The notes beneath the pieces are model-generated. The model worked only from the letters and a program-made list of their open reading frames with translations. It was not told the DNA's origin and made no database searches. The position numbers and the translations under genes are program-made. A stretch of 63,581 nucleotides of DNA, counting the filler, from Nemertoderma westbladi (lineage: Eukaryota > Animalia > Xenacoelomorpha), in the NCBI GenBank assembly GCA_032718475.1. It is 3 parts of 3 records of this genome, joined end to end, with 100 filler letters (N's around TTAATTAATTAA, not from the genome) between each part and the next. Parts side by side here need not be neighbours in the genome. Positions count along the whole stretch, not along the records: positions 23,398 to 51,052 come from JAUCBJ010002819.1; 2 more parts are not named here. The stretch is one strand, 5' to 3'. Positions within the stretch are counted from its first letter, which is position 1, and each line of letters begins with the position of its first letter. Below, one piece after another: positions 38,118 through 51,152 of this stretch.

Positions 38118-40210
38118 TACTACTCTACTACTCTACTACTCTACTCTGCGCCTTGATTTATTGCCCTCTGCGCCTTGATTTATTGCCCTTAAAAGGCGCG
38201 TTATAAATAAATTATTATTATTATTATTATTATTATTACTAGGATCGGCATGCTGCATTGCAGCTGCATTTTTAAGAATGCTGTGCCGGCTTATCGACAA
38301 AATTGCACCACCACAACTCCCTATCACCCATGACATTTGCTAGATCATCCGCATCTTCAAGGCCAGTATCCTTTAAGATGCGTCTCAAGAAAGTCATGGG
38401 CTGTCCACCATGCTTATTCACTCCATGAGGCTGCCAAAGTACAAGATTATGCACTGGCTGGTCCTCACGGCGAAAGCAATGTCCTGCAAAGCGGAAGCGA
38501 TTTTGTACTAGTGTCAAGCTTGGGGGAACCAATGAGACACCTCCAATGTTATATAGTGTCTGGTTGGAGATGTTTGCATTGTACTTGACACAATGAACCC
38601 GGCGTAGCATTCTTGTGAATGTGCCATCCAGAGATTTGGTGTTCTCAGCAGTTAGAGCCCAGCATGGACTCCCATAGAGGAGTACTGGAACTATTGCTGC
38701 TCTAAATAATCGGACCTTAAGTTTCCGATTAATTCTCGGTGACTTCCAAATCCTGGAAAGGCTATTCAAGGCTGCCCATGCCTTTCCCTTACGTATTCGA
38801 AGGTCCTCACCTGACTTCCGGATCCATGATCCCAGGTAACAGAAGTCATCCACATGTTCAAGCATACCATCTTTTGAGCTTATGCTCATCCGATCAGAGA
38901 CTTGCTGAGGACTTTCAAAGTTAACTGTCAAAATTTTGGTCTTTCTGGAGTTAATAAAAAGACCAACACTAGAAGCAGCATGTTCTAATGAGCTGAGGAG
39001 CCGTTGGGCTCCCTCTAGTGATTCTGAGAGTACTCCTAAGTCATCAGCAAAGTCTAGATCAGTTAGGTACTTGGCAGGATTTCCTCGACTTCTGGAGCCA
39101 GTAGGTGGAGTTATCATCACCCCATCATCATTATGATGATCTAAGGACATGCGTAGAACATAGTCAACAACAATTATGAACAAGAATGGTGCAAGTGTGT
39201 CTCCCTGGAGGACGCCCCATAACACTTCAAATGGTTCTGTGTCACCGTCAACATAACAGTAGAAACAAATGTTGTCGAACCATCGTATACTAATCTGATT
39301 GCTGCAATAATTTCATCAGGAATCCCATATAATGAAAGTATGCTGAACATACGTGAGCGAGAGACTGAATCAAAGGCCTTGAAGAAGTCAACAAAGACAA
39401 CAGCCAGATGCCTGTCTTTCTTTTTTGATAACTCTTCAATTATCCTTCTAAGTGCCAAAATGGGCTCCATGGTCCCACGACCTTTACGGAACCCATTCTG
39501 ATTTCCACGGAGCAGTCTCTCAATGGGATCCCTGATGCGATTTAATATAATTCTATTGTATAGCTTTGCAGCAATCGAGATCAATGAGATTCCCCCGAAA
39601 AGAACCATAGAGTGTTAGGTTGCCCTTCTTGGGAACTGGCACCAACTTATTTGTTTTCATTTCTTGTGGGACTCTTGTTGTTGGGTACATGTCTACTATG
39701 ATGGGATAGATGAGCTTTAAACACTCAGGTATTTTAAAGACCTCAGGGGGAACACCATCTACTCCACTAGCACGATTGGTCTTAATGCTCTTTGCAGCAG
39801 CCTTCACTTCTGCAAAGGAGATATCACCAATGGGAATATCTAGGAGTACAGACTCAGACACTTTTACTTCTATAAAGTTATCAGGCAATACCCTGTCATT
39901 ATTGAGGAGCTTTTCAAAGTAGTCCTTCCAACCATTATTGAGGCGATCGGCTGGTGATTCAGCCTTAACCTTGGTAGTTGGTTGGCTTTTCCGCCCAGTA
40001 AGCAGATTGATCGATTTCCATGCCTAGGATGATTGCCTGCTGTCGTCAGCATCATTGATGGCATCAACCTGTTGGTTTATTAGCTCCTGTAAATTAACAG
40101 AGTACTGCCTGTTCAGGGACCTACTGTAGATGCAGCCTTAACTGCATTCTTTGCCGCTGTAGTCTGTTTGAGTCGGGACTCTCTCTGCGCCTTGTAGAGG
40201 TCATTTCGGC
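38118..40210 (-). mobile_element. 5'-truncated RTE-like LINE (frameshifted RT) with 13-bp TSD
   Basis: RT motifs VDFFKAFDSV, GVLQGDTLAPFLF, DLDFADD, FCYLGS, RFAGH; (TAA)n tail; AAGTAACACAAGC at 38105-38117 and 40211-40223. Confidence 0.92.
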
Positions 40211-41094
40211 AAGTAACACAAGCACCTTGTCCCGAAATATAGTGTCGTTATATCTCTTTTAAATTACATGCAATCTAATTAAGATTTGTAGAAAAACTTG
40301 GGGGGGGGGCAGCAGGTACCTAAATAACGACACAATATTCCAGGACATGGTGTATTTAAGAGTTACGCCGATGACGTTTATGTTTTGGCGTCTTTTTAGA
40401 GTCATTATTCAGTAAATTATTTTCACTTTAAATTACGTCAGTACGACGGTAGGGTAGGACTAAAAACCCAAACGGTTTACGGAGTTATATCAGACTTTAT
40501 TTCACAACAGTGTGGATAAAAGATCTGGAAATACGATTTACAAACGGGAAAGAAATATTTAACTTAATTGCTTATTAATTAATTAAGTAAGTAAGTAGAA
40601 CCTGAATTGAGGTCCTGATATACGGTGGTACCGGTACAAAGTACTTTCAGTTTCTCACTATAACTCCATAAATCCGTCTGTGGTTACCGTTTAGGTCAGT
40701 TCCAATATTTTGATGATGAAATCGCAACAACGGACTGACGGAGGTTATTTGCCACTATAGGCCTACTGCTATACTATAGCCGCAACGGAGGTTATATTTG
40801 CCGCAAATGGAGGAAGCAGGGATTTACTGTATAATTGCCATATTGGAATAAAAATAGTATACAACCGAAGATGTCGAATATCCAGTTTCCACATTACGGC
40901 TATCCGCAAGGTTTACCAGCTGTGTACCATGTAACCTACAGTACTGCATAACGTTTAATTCTTCATAACAATTCTCATTTCTATATATTCTATAATTCTA
41001 ATGTTTTATTTACTCAATTCTAGAATACTAATTACGCATAAGTTTTAATTACGGAGAGTTTTAAAAGCTCAACTAAATAATAATTCAATGTGCT

Positions 41095-41585
41095 GCGTTC
41101 GGGGGAGTGAGAGCGGATTTGGTTGCGCGGGGGGTTGAGGGCAAACCAACGTGTGGCGTCGTTTGATATTGCGGTCATTAACGCTGACGCCATCACCTAC
41201 ACCCTCGCCAACCGGTCAACCGAATCGCTCCTTGAAGAACGTTGCCGCTTCAAAAAGGGCCACTACGCACCACCACACCGTCTGTGAAGACCGGCGGATG
41301 TCATTTAGTCCGCTAGTGGGTACCGCAGATGGTGTTTGGTGTCCTGAGACCCGCGCCCGCATTAACCACATTACGGAGGCCCTCGTGGCCAAGTTCCAGT
41401 CGATGAGGGAGCGAAGTTTTGCCTGTGTTCTGGGGGGCGTGCGATGCCGCCTTCAGTTTGCTCTGCTGCGGTCGAGTTCCCTGTGCCTTCGAGGGGGTCG
41501 CCGTTCATGGAGAGGGCTTAGTTTCGGGGATGGTGCAGGGCTCCGACTCAATGACGGACATTGCGACTCAATATGGAGCTTTTGA
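41095..41585 (+). mobile_element. 3' fragment of a CRE-like non-LTR retrotransposon (REL endonuclease), copy 1
   Basis: ERADLVARG..Q...FDIAV...E..KK.HY / CEDRRMSFSPLVGTADG...VRCRLQFALLRSSSLCLRGGR, with a frameshift. Confidence 0.7.
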
Positions 41586-41850
41586 AAATTATTGAGAATT
41601 GTGTATTATTGTTATTAAATATTATCTGGTAAATAACTGTATTATTTCTACTATTATTATTATTATATGTAATAATAATAATTTATGTTCTAGAATAATG
41701 ACAAAATTGTTGTATTGAAATTATTAGCTGCTCAGAAATTGAAAAATCCGTCTCTGCAAGCAGGAAGAAAAGTTGTCGAACTATCATCATCCAAATTTCG
41801 TAGCATATGATTTAAATTTGAAAACAATTAGGGGGGGGGGGGGGGTGGGG

Positions 41851-42959
41851 CCCTAGACTAGCGACTTTACGAATCTGCCAAGATCTATACGGATCATGCT
41901 ATGTGCTTGATTCATCTGCACTGATCATAATACATTGTAAATCTGCTACGATCATAGAATGATCATACAAAATCTTTTAAGAATTTACATATACAAAATA
42001 TTGAAAAAATATTTATTTATTGAATGTATGGTTGCAATTTGTTAAATATCAAAACCATTTTTACATTAAACATTATAATTATTGTCTTGGAAAGTAACAA
42101 CATGGCTATTATATCTGCTACGATCAGACTACGATCAGGATAAGATCAGGCCAGATAATGAGGCTGCCCAAATTTTAAAACACCAGAGGCAGAGGCCAAT
42201 GATTATTATTTTTTTGCCGTATTTGACCGACCAGAGTACTCTCTTTCACAGCATTTTACATAAGATTACATATCATACGAAGATCTTTTCAGATCTTATC
42301 ATGATCATATCATGATAATATCAAGTTAGAAATTATCAATCAATAATTAATTATAAATTATCAATTAATAGGTATAGAAACAAAGAAATTTATAAATATA
42401 CTTCAATATGAATTATCTAATATGGTGGCCAAGTAGTGTAATTATATTAATTTATATGAATCTAATATAAATTTACTGATATTAATGCACAGTTAAATTG
42501 GCTTATCTTAAAACCAAATTGAAATTTGTTCTGCTTAAATATAATACCATTACCACACAATAGATATACAGATAGGGACAATAGGAAATGTTAGGCAGTT
42601 AGGTGTGTAGGTGTTAGTTGTACAGTAGGATATGTAGGTAAGATGTGAAGTTAGTTCTACATCCCCCACTGCCATATCTCCATAGTAACAATCCACAGTG
42701 CAAACAGCAGAATGCTTCAACTTTTGCTTAATTATTGATTAAGAACTATTAAGATCTTTGCAGAACTTTGTTATATATCATTAATTCTGCAAAGATTTGC
42801 ACTGATCTTACGAATCTTACCAATCCTGCAAAGATCTGCACTGATCGTTACCAACCCTGCTAAGATCATAGAGCAAAGGTGCCAAGATCTTACCAAGACA
42901 TACAGTATAAAGATCTTATGCTAAGATCAGTGCAGATTGGTGATGTTGCAAGTCTAGGG
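41851..42959. mobile_element. MITE with CCC...GGG termini inserted in a G-run (possibly CACTA/EnSpm type)
   Basis: CCCTAGACTAGCGACTTTACGAATCTGC versus reverse complement CCCTAGACTTGCAACATCACCAATCTGC; absent at the equivalent site at about 48595. Confidence 0.75.
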
Positions 42960-45294
42960 GGGGGGGGGGGGGGGGGGGCTCCGACTAACTAAAAATGGAT
43001 GTTGTATTAAGTGAGATGGTGTACTTTTTTTTAAATATAGTGTCGTTATGTCTCATCATCCAAATTTCGTAGCATATGATTTAAATTAGAAAACAATTAG
43101 GGGGGGGGGGGGGGGGGGTGGGGTGTGGGGCTCCGACTAACTAAAAATGGTTGTTGTATTAAGTGAGATGGTGTACTTTTTTAAATATAGCAACTCCCAG
43201 TAAAAAATCCCCATGCGTAACGCATTCGTACCACATGCAGCATTCGTAAAAGGTGCGTGCAAAGTTATTTAAGATTCGTGAAGCCTTCGTCAATGGGTCG
43301 TCAGTCCGAATAATTTAACGAATGCGTATAGTATTCGTATCGCATGTGAGATTTCACTTGTAAATATATTCGTGGCTCATCATTCGTGGCACATGCGATA
43401 CGAATGCTTCCACTCCACACAAATAATAATTCGTGGTTCATTCGTTCGTGGCACATGCGACACGAATGCTTAGCCACGCCACGCTTAAAATTATTAGTGG
43501 TCTATTCGTGACGCATGCGATACGCATGCAAAGCACTCTCAATAAGTGTACCATACAAACTGTAATACGGCCAATCACCATTCGGCAAATAATCGAACAT
43601 AGTGTTATTAGTTAGTAGCTCTCCCCCTTTGTTACCAGTCAGCCAGTCCCATGTACTTTTACTATATATTTATTTAATGGGTTGCCCAGTAATTCTTAAC
43701 TCCCGTTTATTATTTTGGTTCCCCATTATTTTGGTATGTAAACCTGTTGCCTTTACCAACATGCTTGATATACTGTAATAATGTAAAGGTTATGTACTGT
43801 AGGCTAGGTGAGATAAATAATGACAACATAAAACTACAGTATTAACTTAACGAACTACAGTATGTAGGCATACTTATAGTATGTAGGCACTAGGCACCCC
43901 CACCCGTAGTTTTAGCCCCTTTCATCCTGTACAGTAGTACTCATTTCCCAAAGTTATTACAGTAGTTTTATGTTGTCATTATTTATCTTACCTGGCCTAC
44001 AGTACAGTACCAATACATATTATAAAGCATATGGAAATTTTATTAAATTGTACCTGTGTATGGTGATATTCTCACACAGTTTCTTAGGCCTCCAGGTCGA
44101 ATTTGTTTAATTCGCTATAAAACGCCATTAAAAAGTCTACTGATATACTGTAGCAGTTAATTACCGGTAACTGCTACAGTAGGCCCTACACTTATTAATG
44201 GTAAAAAAATCTTACAGACAAAATACCGGTACTTCAAAGGCATACATTTTATGAGATGCATCAACATAATTTCAATGTTTTTTTTACTATATTCTAGAAT
44301 ATTAATTCGCTTTTTTTCGATAATAAGTAATAAAATATATATACTGTATAATAATAATACAAATATATATAATAATAAAATAATATAATATAATAATAAA
44401 ATAATATAATAATAAAATAATATAATATAATAATAAAATAATATAATAATAAAATATCATAAAAAATAATAAACCATCAATAATAATTAATAAGTATAAT
44501 AATAACTATAACGATTTACGTCTGAAATTGCGTGCTCTTGAATTATATCTGGACATTTTTATGGGGAAATTTAAAATGGCTTTCATATTCGATTCGGAAT
44601 ATCAAGTATATTCAAAAAAATAAAATAAAATGGACACGTTTTAACAGTTGTAAACTGTTAAAACTATGTAAACTGTAGCGAAATAATAAAAGATAAGAGA
44701 AGATTATGACGTCTTTTTTGACCTACAGTACACTCCGCACGTGGTAATCTGGTTTTAATTACATACAGTAAAAGTTAAATCGGTTAAAATGTTTAAACAT
44801 TATTTACAATAATACATATACTGTAGATAGGGCACAATCACAATAATATACTGCAAATAAAGTAACACAAGCACCTTGTCCCGAAATATAGTGTCGTTAT
44901 ATCTCTTTCAAATTACATGCAATCTAATTAAGATTTGTAGAAAAACTTGGGGGGGGGGGGGCAGCAGGTGCCTAAATAACGACACAATATTCCAGGACAT
45001 GGTGTATTTAAGAGTTACGCCGATGACGTTTATGTTTTGGCGTCTTTTTAGAGTCATTATTCAGTAAATTATTTTCACTTTAAATTACGTCAGTACGACG
45101 GTAGGGTAGGACTAAAAACCCAAACGGTTTACGGAGTTATATCAGACTTTATTTCACAACAGTGTGGATAAAAGATCTGGAAATACGATTTACAAACGGG
45201 AAAGAAATATTTAACTTAATTGCTTATTAATTAATTAAGTAAGTAAGTAGAACCTGAATTGAGGTCCTGCATGCCTAGATGTGCTGATATACGA

Positions 45295-46900
45295 TAGCAT
45301 TCTTGTGAATGTGCCATCCAGAGATTTGGTGTTCTCAGCAGTTAGAGCCCAGCATGGACTCCCATAGAGGAGTACTGGAACTATTGCTGCTCTAAATAAT
45401 CGGACCTTAAGTTTCCGATTAATTCTCGGTGACTTCCAAATCCTGGAAAGGCTATTCAAGGCTGCCCATGCCTTTCCCTTACGTATTCGAAGGTCCTCAC
45501 CTGACTTCCGGATCCATGATCCCAGGTAACAGAAGTCATCCACATGTTCAAGCATACCATCTTTTGAGCTTATGCTCATCCGATCAGAGACTTGCTGAGG
45601 ACTTTCAAAGTTAACTGTCAAAATTTTGGTCTTTCTGGAGTTAATAAAAAGACCAACACTAGAAGCAGCATGTTCTAATGAGCTGAGGAGCCGTTGGGCT
45701 CCCTCTAGTGATTCTGAGAGTACTCCTAAGTCATCAGCAAAGTCTAGATCAGTTAGGTACTTGGCAGGATTTCCTCGACTTCTGGAGCTAGTAGGTGGAG
45801 TTATCATCACCCCATCATCATTATGATGATCTAAGGACATGCGTAGAACATAGTCAACAACAATTATGAACAAGAATGGTGCAAGTGTGTCTCCCTGGAG
45901 GACGCCCCATAACACTTCAAATGGTTCTGTGTCACCGTCAACATAACAGTAGAAACAAATGTTGTCGAACCATCGTATACTAATCTGATTGCTGCAATAA
46001 TTTCATCAGGAATCCCATATAATGAAAGTATGCTGAACATACGTGAGCGAGAGACTGAATCAAAGGCCTTGAAGAAGTCAACAAAGACAACAGCCAGATG
46101 CCTGTCTTTCTTTTTTGATAACTCTTCAATTATCCTTCTAAGTGCCAAAATGGGCTCCATGGTCCCACGACCTTTACGGAACCCATTCTGATTTCCACGG
46201 AGCAGTCTCTCAATGGGATCCCTGATGCGATTTAATATAATTCTATTGTATAGCTTTGCAGCAATCGAGATCAATGAGATTCCCCCGAAAAGAACCATAG
46301 AGTGTTAGGTTGCCCTTCTTGGGAACTGGCACCAACTTATTTGTTTTCATTTCTTGTGGGACTCTTGTTGTTGGGTACATGTCTACTATGATGGGATAGA
46401 TGAGCTTTAAACACTCAGGTATTTTAAAGACCTCAGGGGGAACACCATCTACTCCACTAGCACGATTGGTCTTAATGCTCTTTGCAGCAGCCTTCACTTC
46501 TGCAAAGGAGATATCACCAATGGGAATATCTAGGAGTACAGACTCAGACACTTTTACTTCTATAAAGTTATCAGGCAATACCCTGTCATTATTGAGGAGC
46601 TTTTCAAAGTAGTCCTTCCAACCATTATTGAGGCGATCGGCTGGTGATTCAGCCTTAACCTTGGTAGTTGGTTGGCTTTTCCGCCCAGTAAGCAGATTGA
46701 TCGATTTCCATGCCTAGGATGATTGCCTGCTGTCGTCAGCATCATTGATGGCATCAACCTGTTGGTTTATTAGCTCCTGTAAATTAACAGAGTACTGCCT
46801 GTTCAGGGACCTACTGTAGATGCAGCCTTAACTGCATTCTTTGCCGCTGTAGTCTGTTTGAGTCGGGACTCTCTCTGCGCCTTGTAGAGGTCATTTCGGC
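45295..46900 (-). mobile_element. Near-identical duplicate of LINE segment 38605-40210
   Basis: Offset 6690 bp, same frameshifts, only one substitution noticed (PPTGS versus PPTSS). Confidence 0.92.
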
Positions 46901-47835
46901 AAGTAACACAAGCACCTTGTCCCGAAATATAGTGTCGTTATATCTCTTTTAAATTACATGCAATCTAATTAAGATTTGTAGAAAAACTTGGGGGGGGGGG
47001 GGGGGCAGCAGGTACCTAAATAACGACACAATATTCCAGGACATGGTGTATTTAAGAGTTACGCCGATGACGTTTATGTTTTGGCGTCTTTTTAGAGTCA
47101 TTATTCAGTAAATTATTTTCACTTTAAATTACGTCAGTACGACGGTAGGGTAGGACTAAAAACCCAAACGGTTTACGGAGTTATATCAGACTTTATTTCA
47201 CAACAATGTGGATAAAAGATCTGGAAATACAATTTACCAAGATTGTGAAAAAAAAAACGGGAAAAAATATCTAACTTAATTGCTTATTAATTAATTAAGT
47301 AAGTAAGTAGAACCTGAATTGAGGTCCTGCATGCCTAGATGTGCTGATATACGATGGTACCGGTACAAAGTACTTTCAGTTTCTCATTATAACTCCATAA
47401 ACCGTTTAGGTCAGTTCCAATATTTTGATGATGAAATCGCAACAACGGACTGACGGAGGTTATTTGCCACTATAGGCTTACTGCTATTACTATAGATGAA
47501 ACAATCGCCGCAACGGAGGTTATATTTGCCGCAAATGGAGGAAGCAGGGATTTACTGTATACTGTAATTGCCATATTGGAATAAAAATAGTATACAACCG
47601 AAGATGTCGAATATATCCAGTTTCCACATTACGGCTATCCGCAAGGTTTACCAGCTGTGTACCATGTAACCTACAGTACTGCATAACGTTTAATTCTTCA
47701 TAACAATTCTCATTTCTATATATTCTATAATTCTAATGTTTTATTTACTCAATTCTAGAATACTAATTACGCATAATGAAGAAACAAGATGGAGGGAGAG
47801 TTTTAAAAGCTCAACTAAATAATAATTCAATGTGC

Positions 47836-48290
47836 TGCGTTCGGGGGAGTGAGAGCGGATTTGGTTGCGCGGGGGGTTGAGGGCAAACCAACGTGTGGCG
47901 TCGTTTGATGTTGCGGTCATTAACGCTGACGCCACCACCTACACCCTCGCCAACCGGTCAACCGAATCGCTCCTTGAAGAACGTTGCCGCTTCAAAAAGG
48001 GCCACTACGCACCACCACACCGTCTGTGCAGACCGGCGGATGTCATTTAGTCCGCTAGTGGGTACCACAGATGATGTTTGGTGTCTTGAGACCCGCGCCC
48101 TCATTATAACCACATTACGGAGGCCCTCGTGGCCAAGTTCCAGTCGATGAGGGAGCGAAGTTTTGCCTGTGTTCTGGGGGGCGTGCGATGCCGCCTTCAG
48201 TTTGGTCTGCTGCGGTCGAGTTCTCTGTGCCTTCGAAGGGGTCGCCGTTCATGAAGAGGGCTTGGTTTCGGGGATGGTGCAGGGCTCCGT
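47836..48290 (+). mobile_element. CRE-like REL fragment, copy 2 (part of the local duplication)
   Basis: Colinear with 41095-41585, with extra frameshifts. Confidence 0.7.
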
Positions 48291-49198
48291 GGAACGGACA
48301 TTGCGACTCAATATTGAGCTTTTGACAATTATTGAGAATTGTGTATTATTGTTATTAAATATTATCTGGTAAATAACTGTATTATTTCTACTATTATTAT
48401 TATTATATGTAATAATAATAATTAATGTTCTAGAATAATGACAAAATTGTTGTATTGAAATTATTAGCTGCTCAGAAATTGAAAAATCCGTCTCGGCAAG
48501 CAGGAAGAAAAGTTGTCGAACTATGTATCATCATCCAAATTTCGTAGCATATGATTTAAATTTGAAAACAATTAGGGGGGGGGGGGGGGTGTGGGGCTCC
48601 GACTAACTAAAAATGGTTGTTGTATTAAGTGAGATGGTGTACTTTTTTTAAATATAGCAACTGTTATCAACCGACGACAATATATTTACAGTATCAAACT
48701 GCTAAAAATAAGTGAGAACATGTGATAAACTGTATGCACTGTGGGGCGAGCCACGCAGTCAGGGCGAGCCTTAGCGCACAATTATAATTAGTAAACAGGG
48801 AAAAGTTTCATGTCCTGTCTCGTCTCAGGCTTCAACGATAATTACAAACATCATTTTCCTGTATAATACAATATACTGGGTCCTTATCGTGATGTTGAGT
48901 GCTAAGTCATACATACTTCTAATGCCAGAATGCAGTAATGTAAACAATTAAACACAATGTAATGTGATGTAAATGAAGTATGTAAGTAATGTAAGTGAGG
49001 AATTTATTCGGGCATTATTGGCGCCTCGCCCTGCAATCTTGTATATTACCTACCGCTACCGGTTCCTACAGCAGTACTGTGTACTGCAGTACTGCCAGAC
49101 TGGTAAACTTGTTTTCAATGTAAAATCCTCTGCTGCTCTGGCAGTCTGGCTGTGTGGATCTGGGCCTACAAACAAACTGTGGCTGTGACTCCTGGACA

Positions 49199-49738
49199 AT
49201 GGCTTCTGGTAGCAGTAGCGCGTCCAACACGAAACTAGAATTCGGTGACACCAACCCGCACATGGACACGAGTATAAACGCGCTGTCTCTGTGCAGAATA
49301 GGACAGGAAACCGTTCAGGATATCATGTTTAAAACTCTCGAGACATTCCACATCCTAAAACTCGCACACATCCCGAACGGGGTGAGTATTCCATTCAACT
49401 CGCACCAGGAACGCCTCAATAAACTCAACGAAAACTTACAAATAATGACGACGAAATTATTCAAGAAGTTGCGAATTATTTACGATAAAGTTAACGAGTT
49501 AGACAACGTTGACGTGGAAAGCAGATCGCAGGCGGATCTGGTCGCGCTGGTGAGTAAACGGGACTCGGTCACCATGGATACCGATAAACGAAGTCTCCCA
49601 CTTCGAGACAACGAGCGTGAAGATTTAGTTAAAGCGTTAGTCGCTAAAAACAATGATCTCCATTTAATAATAGAACAGCTGAGAAGTTTAATTTGGGATA
49701 TAAACAGTATGTTGGTAATGGCTTCTCCAAAACATTGA
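49199..49738 (+). CDS. MED30: Mediator of RNA polymerase II transcription subunit 30 (179 aa, single coding exon)
   Basis: SLCRIGQETVQDI...PNGV...LFKKLRIIYDK...EQLRSLIWDINSML matches the MED30 signatures (SLCRIGQETVQDI; QLRNLIWDINAML); first ATG at 49199. Confidence 0.95.
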   Translation: MASGSSSASNTKLEFGDTNPHMDTSINALSLCRIGQETVQDIMFKTLETFHILKLAHIPNGVSIPFNSHQERLNKLNENLQIMTTKLFKKLRIIYDKVNELDNVDVESRSQADLVALVSKRDSVTMDTDKRSLPLRDNEREDLVKALVAKNNDLHLIIEQLRSLIWDINSMLVMASPKH

Positions 49739-50044
49739 GTTTTATTCAGAATTACTGTGAATAGTTATTGTAACTATCAACTGTATCTTTATTCGCACCA
49801 TTCCCACTACCGGGTACCAGTAATGTCTATTGCAATATTACTTACTATACGCGTATACTATTCATACAATAAAATTTATTATTATTGTCCTGCCGGTACT
49901 AATTATTGTTTCTGCGTTTATATTATCAGTGCTTTAACTGAATCCACAAACTCCACCATAGCTATGGCGTCTGATTTGAGCCAAAATACCTTAGAATTCC
50001 AAATGTGTACCTTACATTTTTCATTAGCTTATATTTATAAGCAT

Positions 50045-50740
50045 TCGCTTAAAAGTATGTTATTTTATTGCATTTGAATTTATACATCGCTTAAAAGTAA
50101 GCTATGTTTTATGAAGTTGACTTTAATAAATCGCTTAAAATTAAGGTATTTTTTACAAGTTCTCTTAAAACATCGCTTAAAAGTAAGCTATGTTTTTTGT
50201 ATTTGCCTTGAAAATCGCTTATAAGTAAGCTAATTTTTTGCAATTGCCTTGAAAATCGCTTAAAAGTATGGTATTTTAGTGCATTTGAATTTATACATCG
50301 CTGAAAAGTAAGGTATTTTTATGAAGTTGACTTTAATAAATCGCTTAAAATTAAGGTATTTTTTACAAGTTCTCTTAAAACATCGCTTAAAAGTAAGCTA
50401 TGTTTTTTGTATTTGCCTTGAAAATCGCTTATAAGTAAGCTAATTTTTTGCAATTGCCTTGAAAATCGCTTAAAAGTATGGTATTTTAGTGCATTTGAAT
50501 TTATACATCGCTTAAAAGTAAGGTATTTTTTACAAGTTCTGTTAAAACATCGCATAAAAGTAAGCTATGTTTATGTAGTTGACTGTAATAATAAATCGCT
50601 TTAAATAAGGTATTTAATTGCAGTTCTGTTCCAACATTGCTTAAAATGAAGTATGTGTTTATGCAGTAATATAGTTTAAAGTAAGCGATGTTTTTGACAG
50701 TGTCGTTTAAACATAGTTTAAAGTAAGCGATGTTTTTGAC
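50045..50740. repeat. About 42-bp satellite with about 210-bp (5-monomer) higher-order repeat
   Basis: TCGCTTAAAAGTAAG..ATGTTTT monomers; the variant TCGCTTAAAAGTATG..ATTTTA.TGCATTTGAATTTATACA recurs at about 50045, 50257 and 50466. Confidence 0.85.
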
Positions 50741-51052
50741 AGTGTTTTGTCCAATCAAATGCGTTGTTGGCAATATCTGCAATTAGTAAATAGATCACGA
50801 GAGGGCGCTGTTGAGCAATTGTTGTATTCCAGTATTCGATCAGCAAAATCGAATTTCTGATATGTAGGGTACACGGTACGGACAGTACGGTTAACAGTAT
50901 AGTTACAGAGTACTGCAGTAGCCAGTAGGTATGTCATCTGAAAATTTCATCTTTGTAATTGAGAGCCTAATACGGAGGTGCCAACAAACTGCAGATGATA
51001 CATATAAGCAGCAGCTACTTTGATGCCGAGCAATAGGTAAACTTAATAACCA

Positions 51053-51152
51053 NNNNNNNNNNNNNNNNNNNNNNNNNNNNNNNNNNNNNNNNNNNNTTAA
51101 TTAATTAANNNNNNNNNNNNNNNNNNNNNNNNNNNNNNNNNNNNNNNNNNNN
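51053..51152. other. Assembly gap with synthetic TTAATTAATTAA linker
   Basis: Same 100-bp construct as 23298-23397. Confidence 0.97.
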
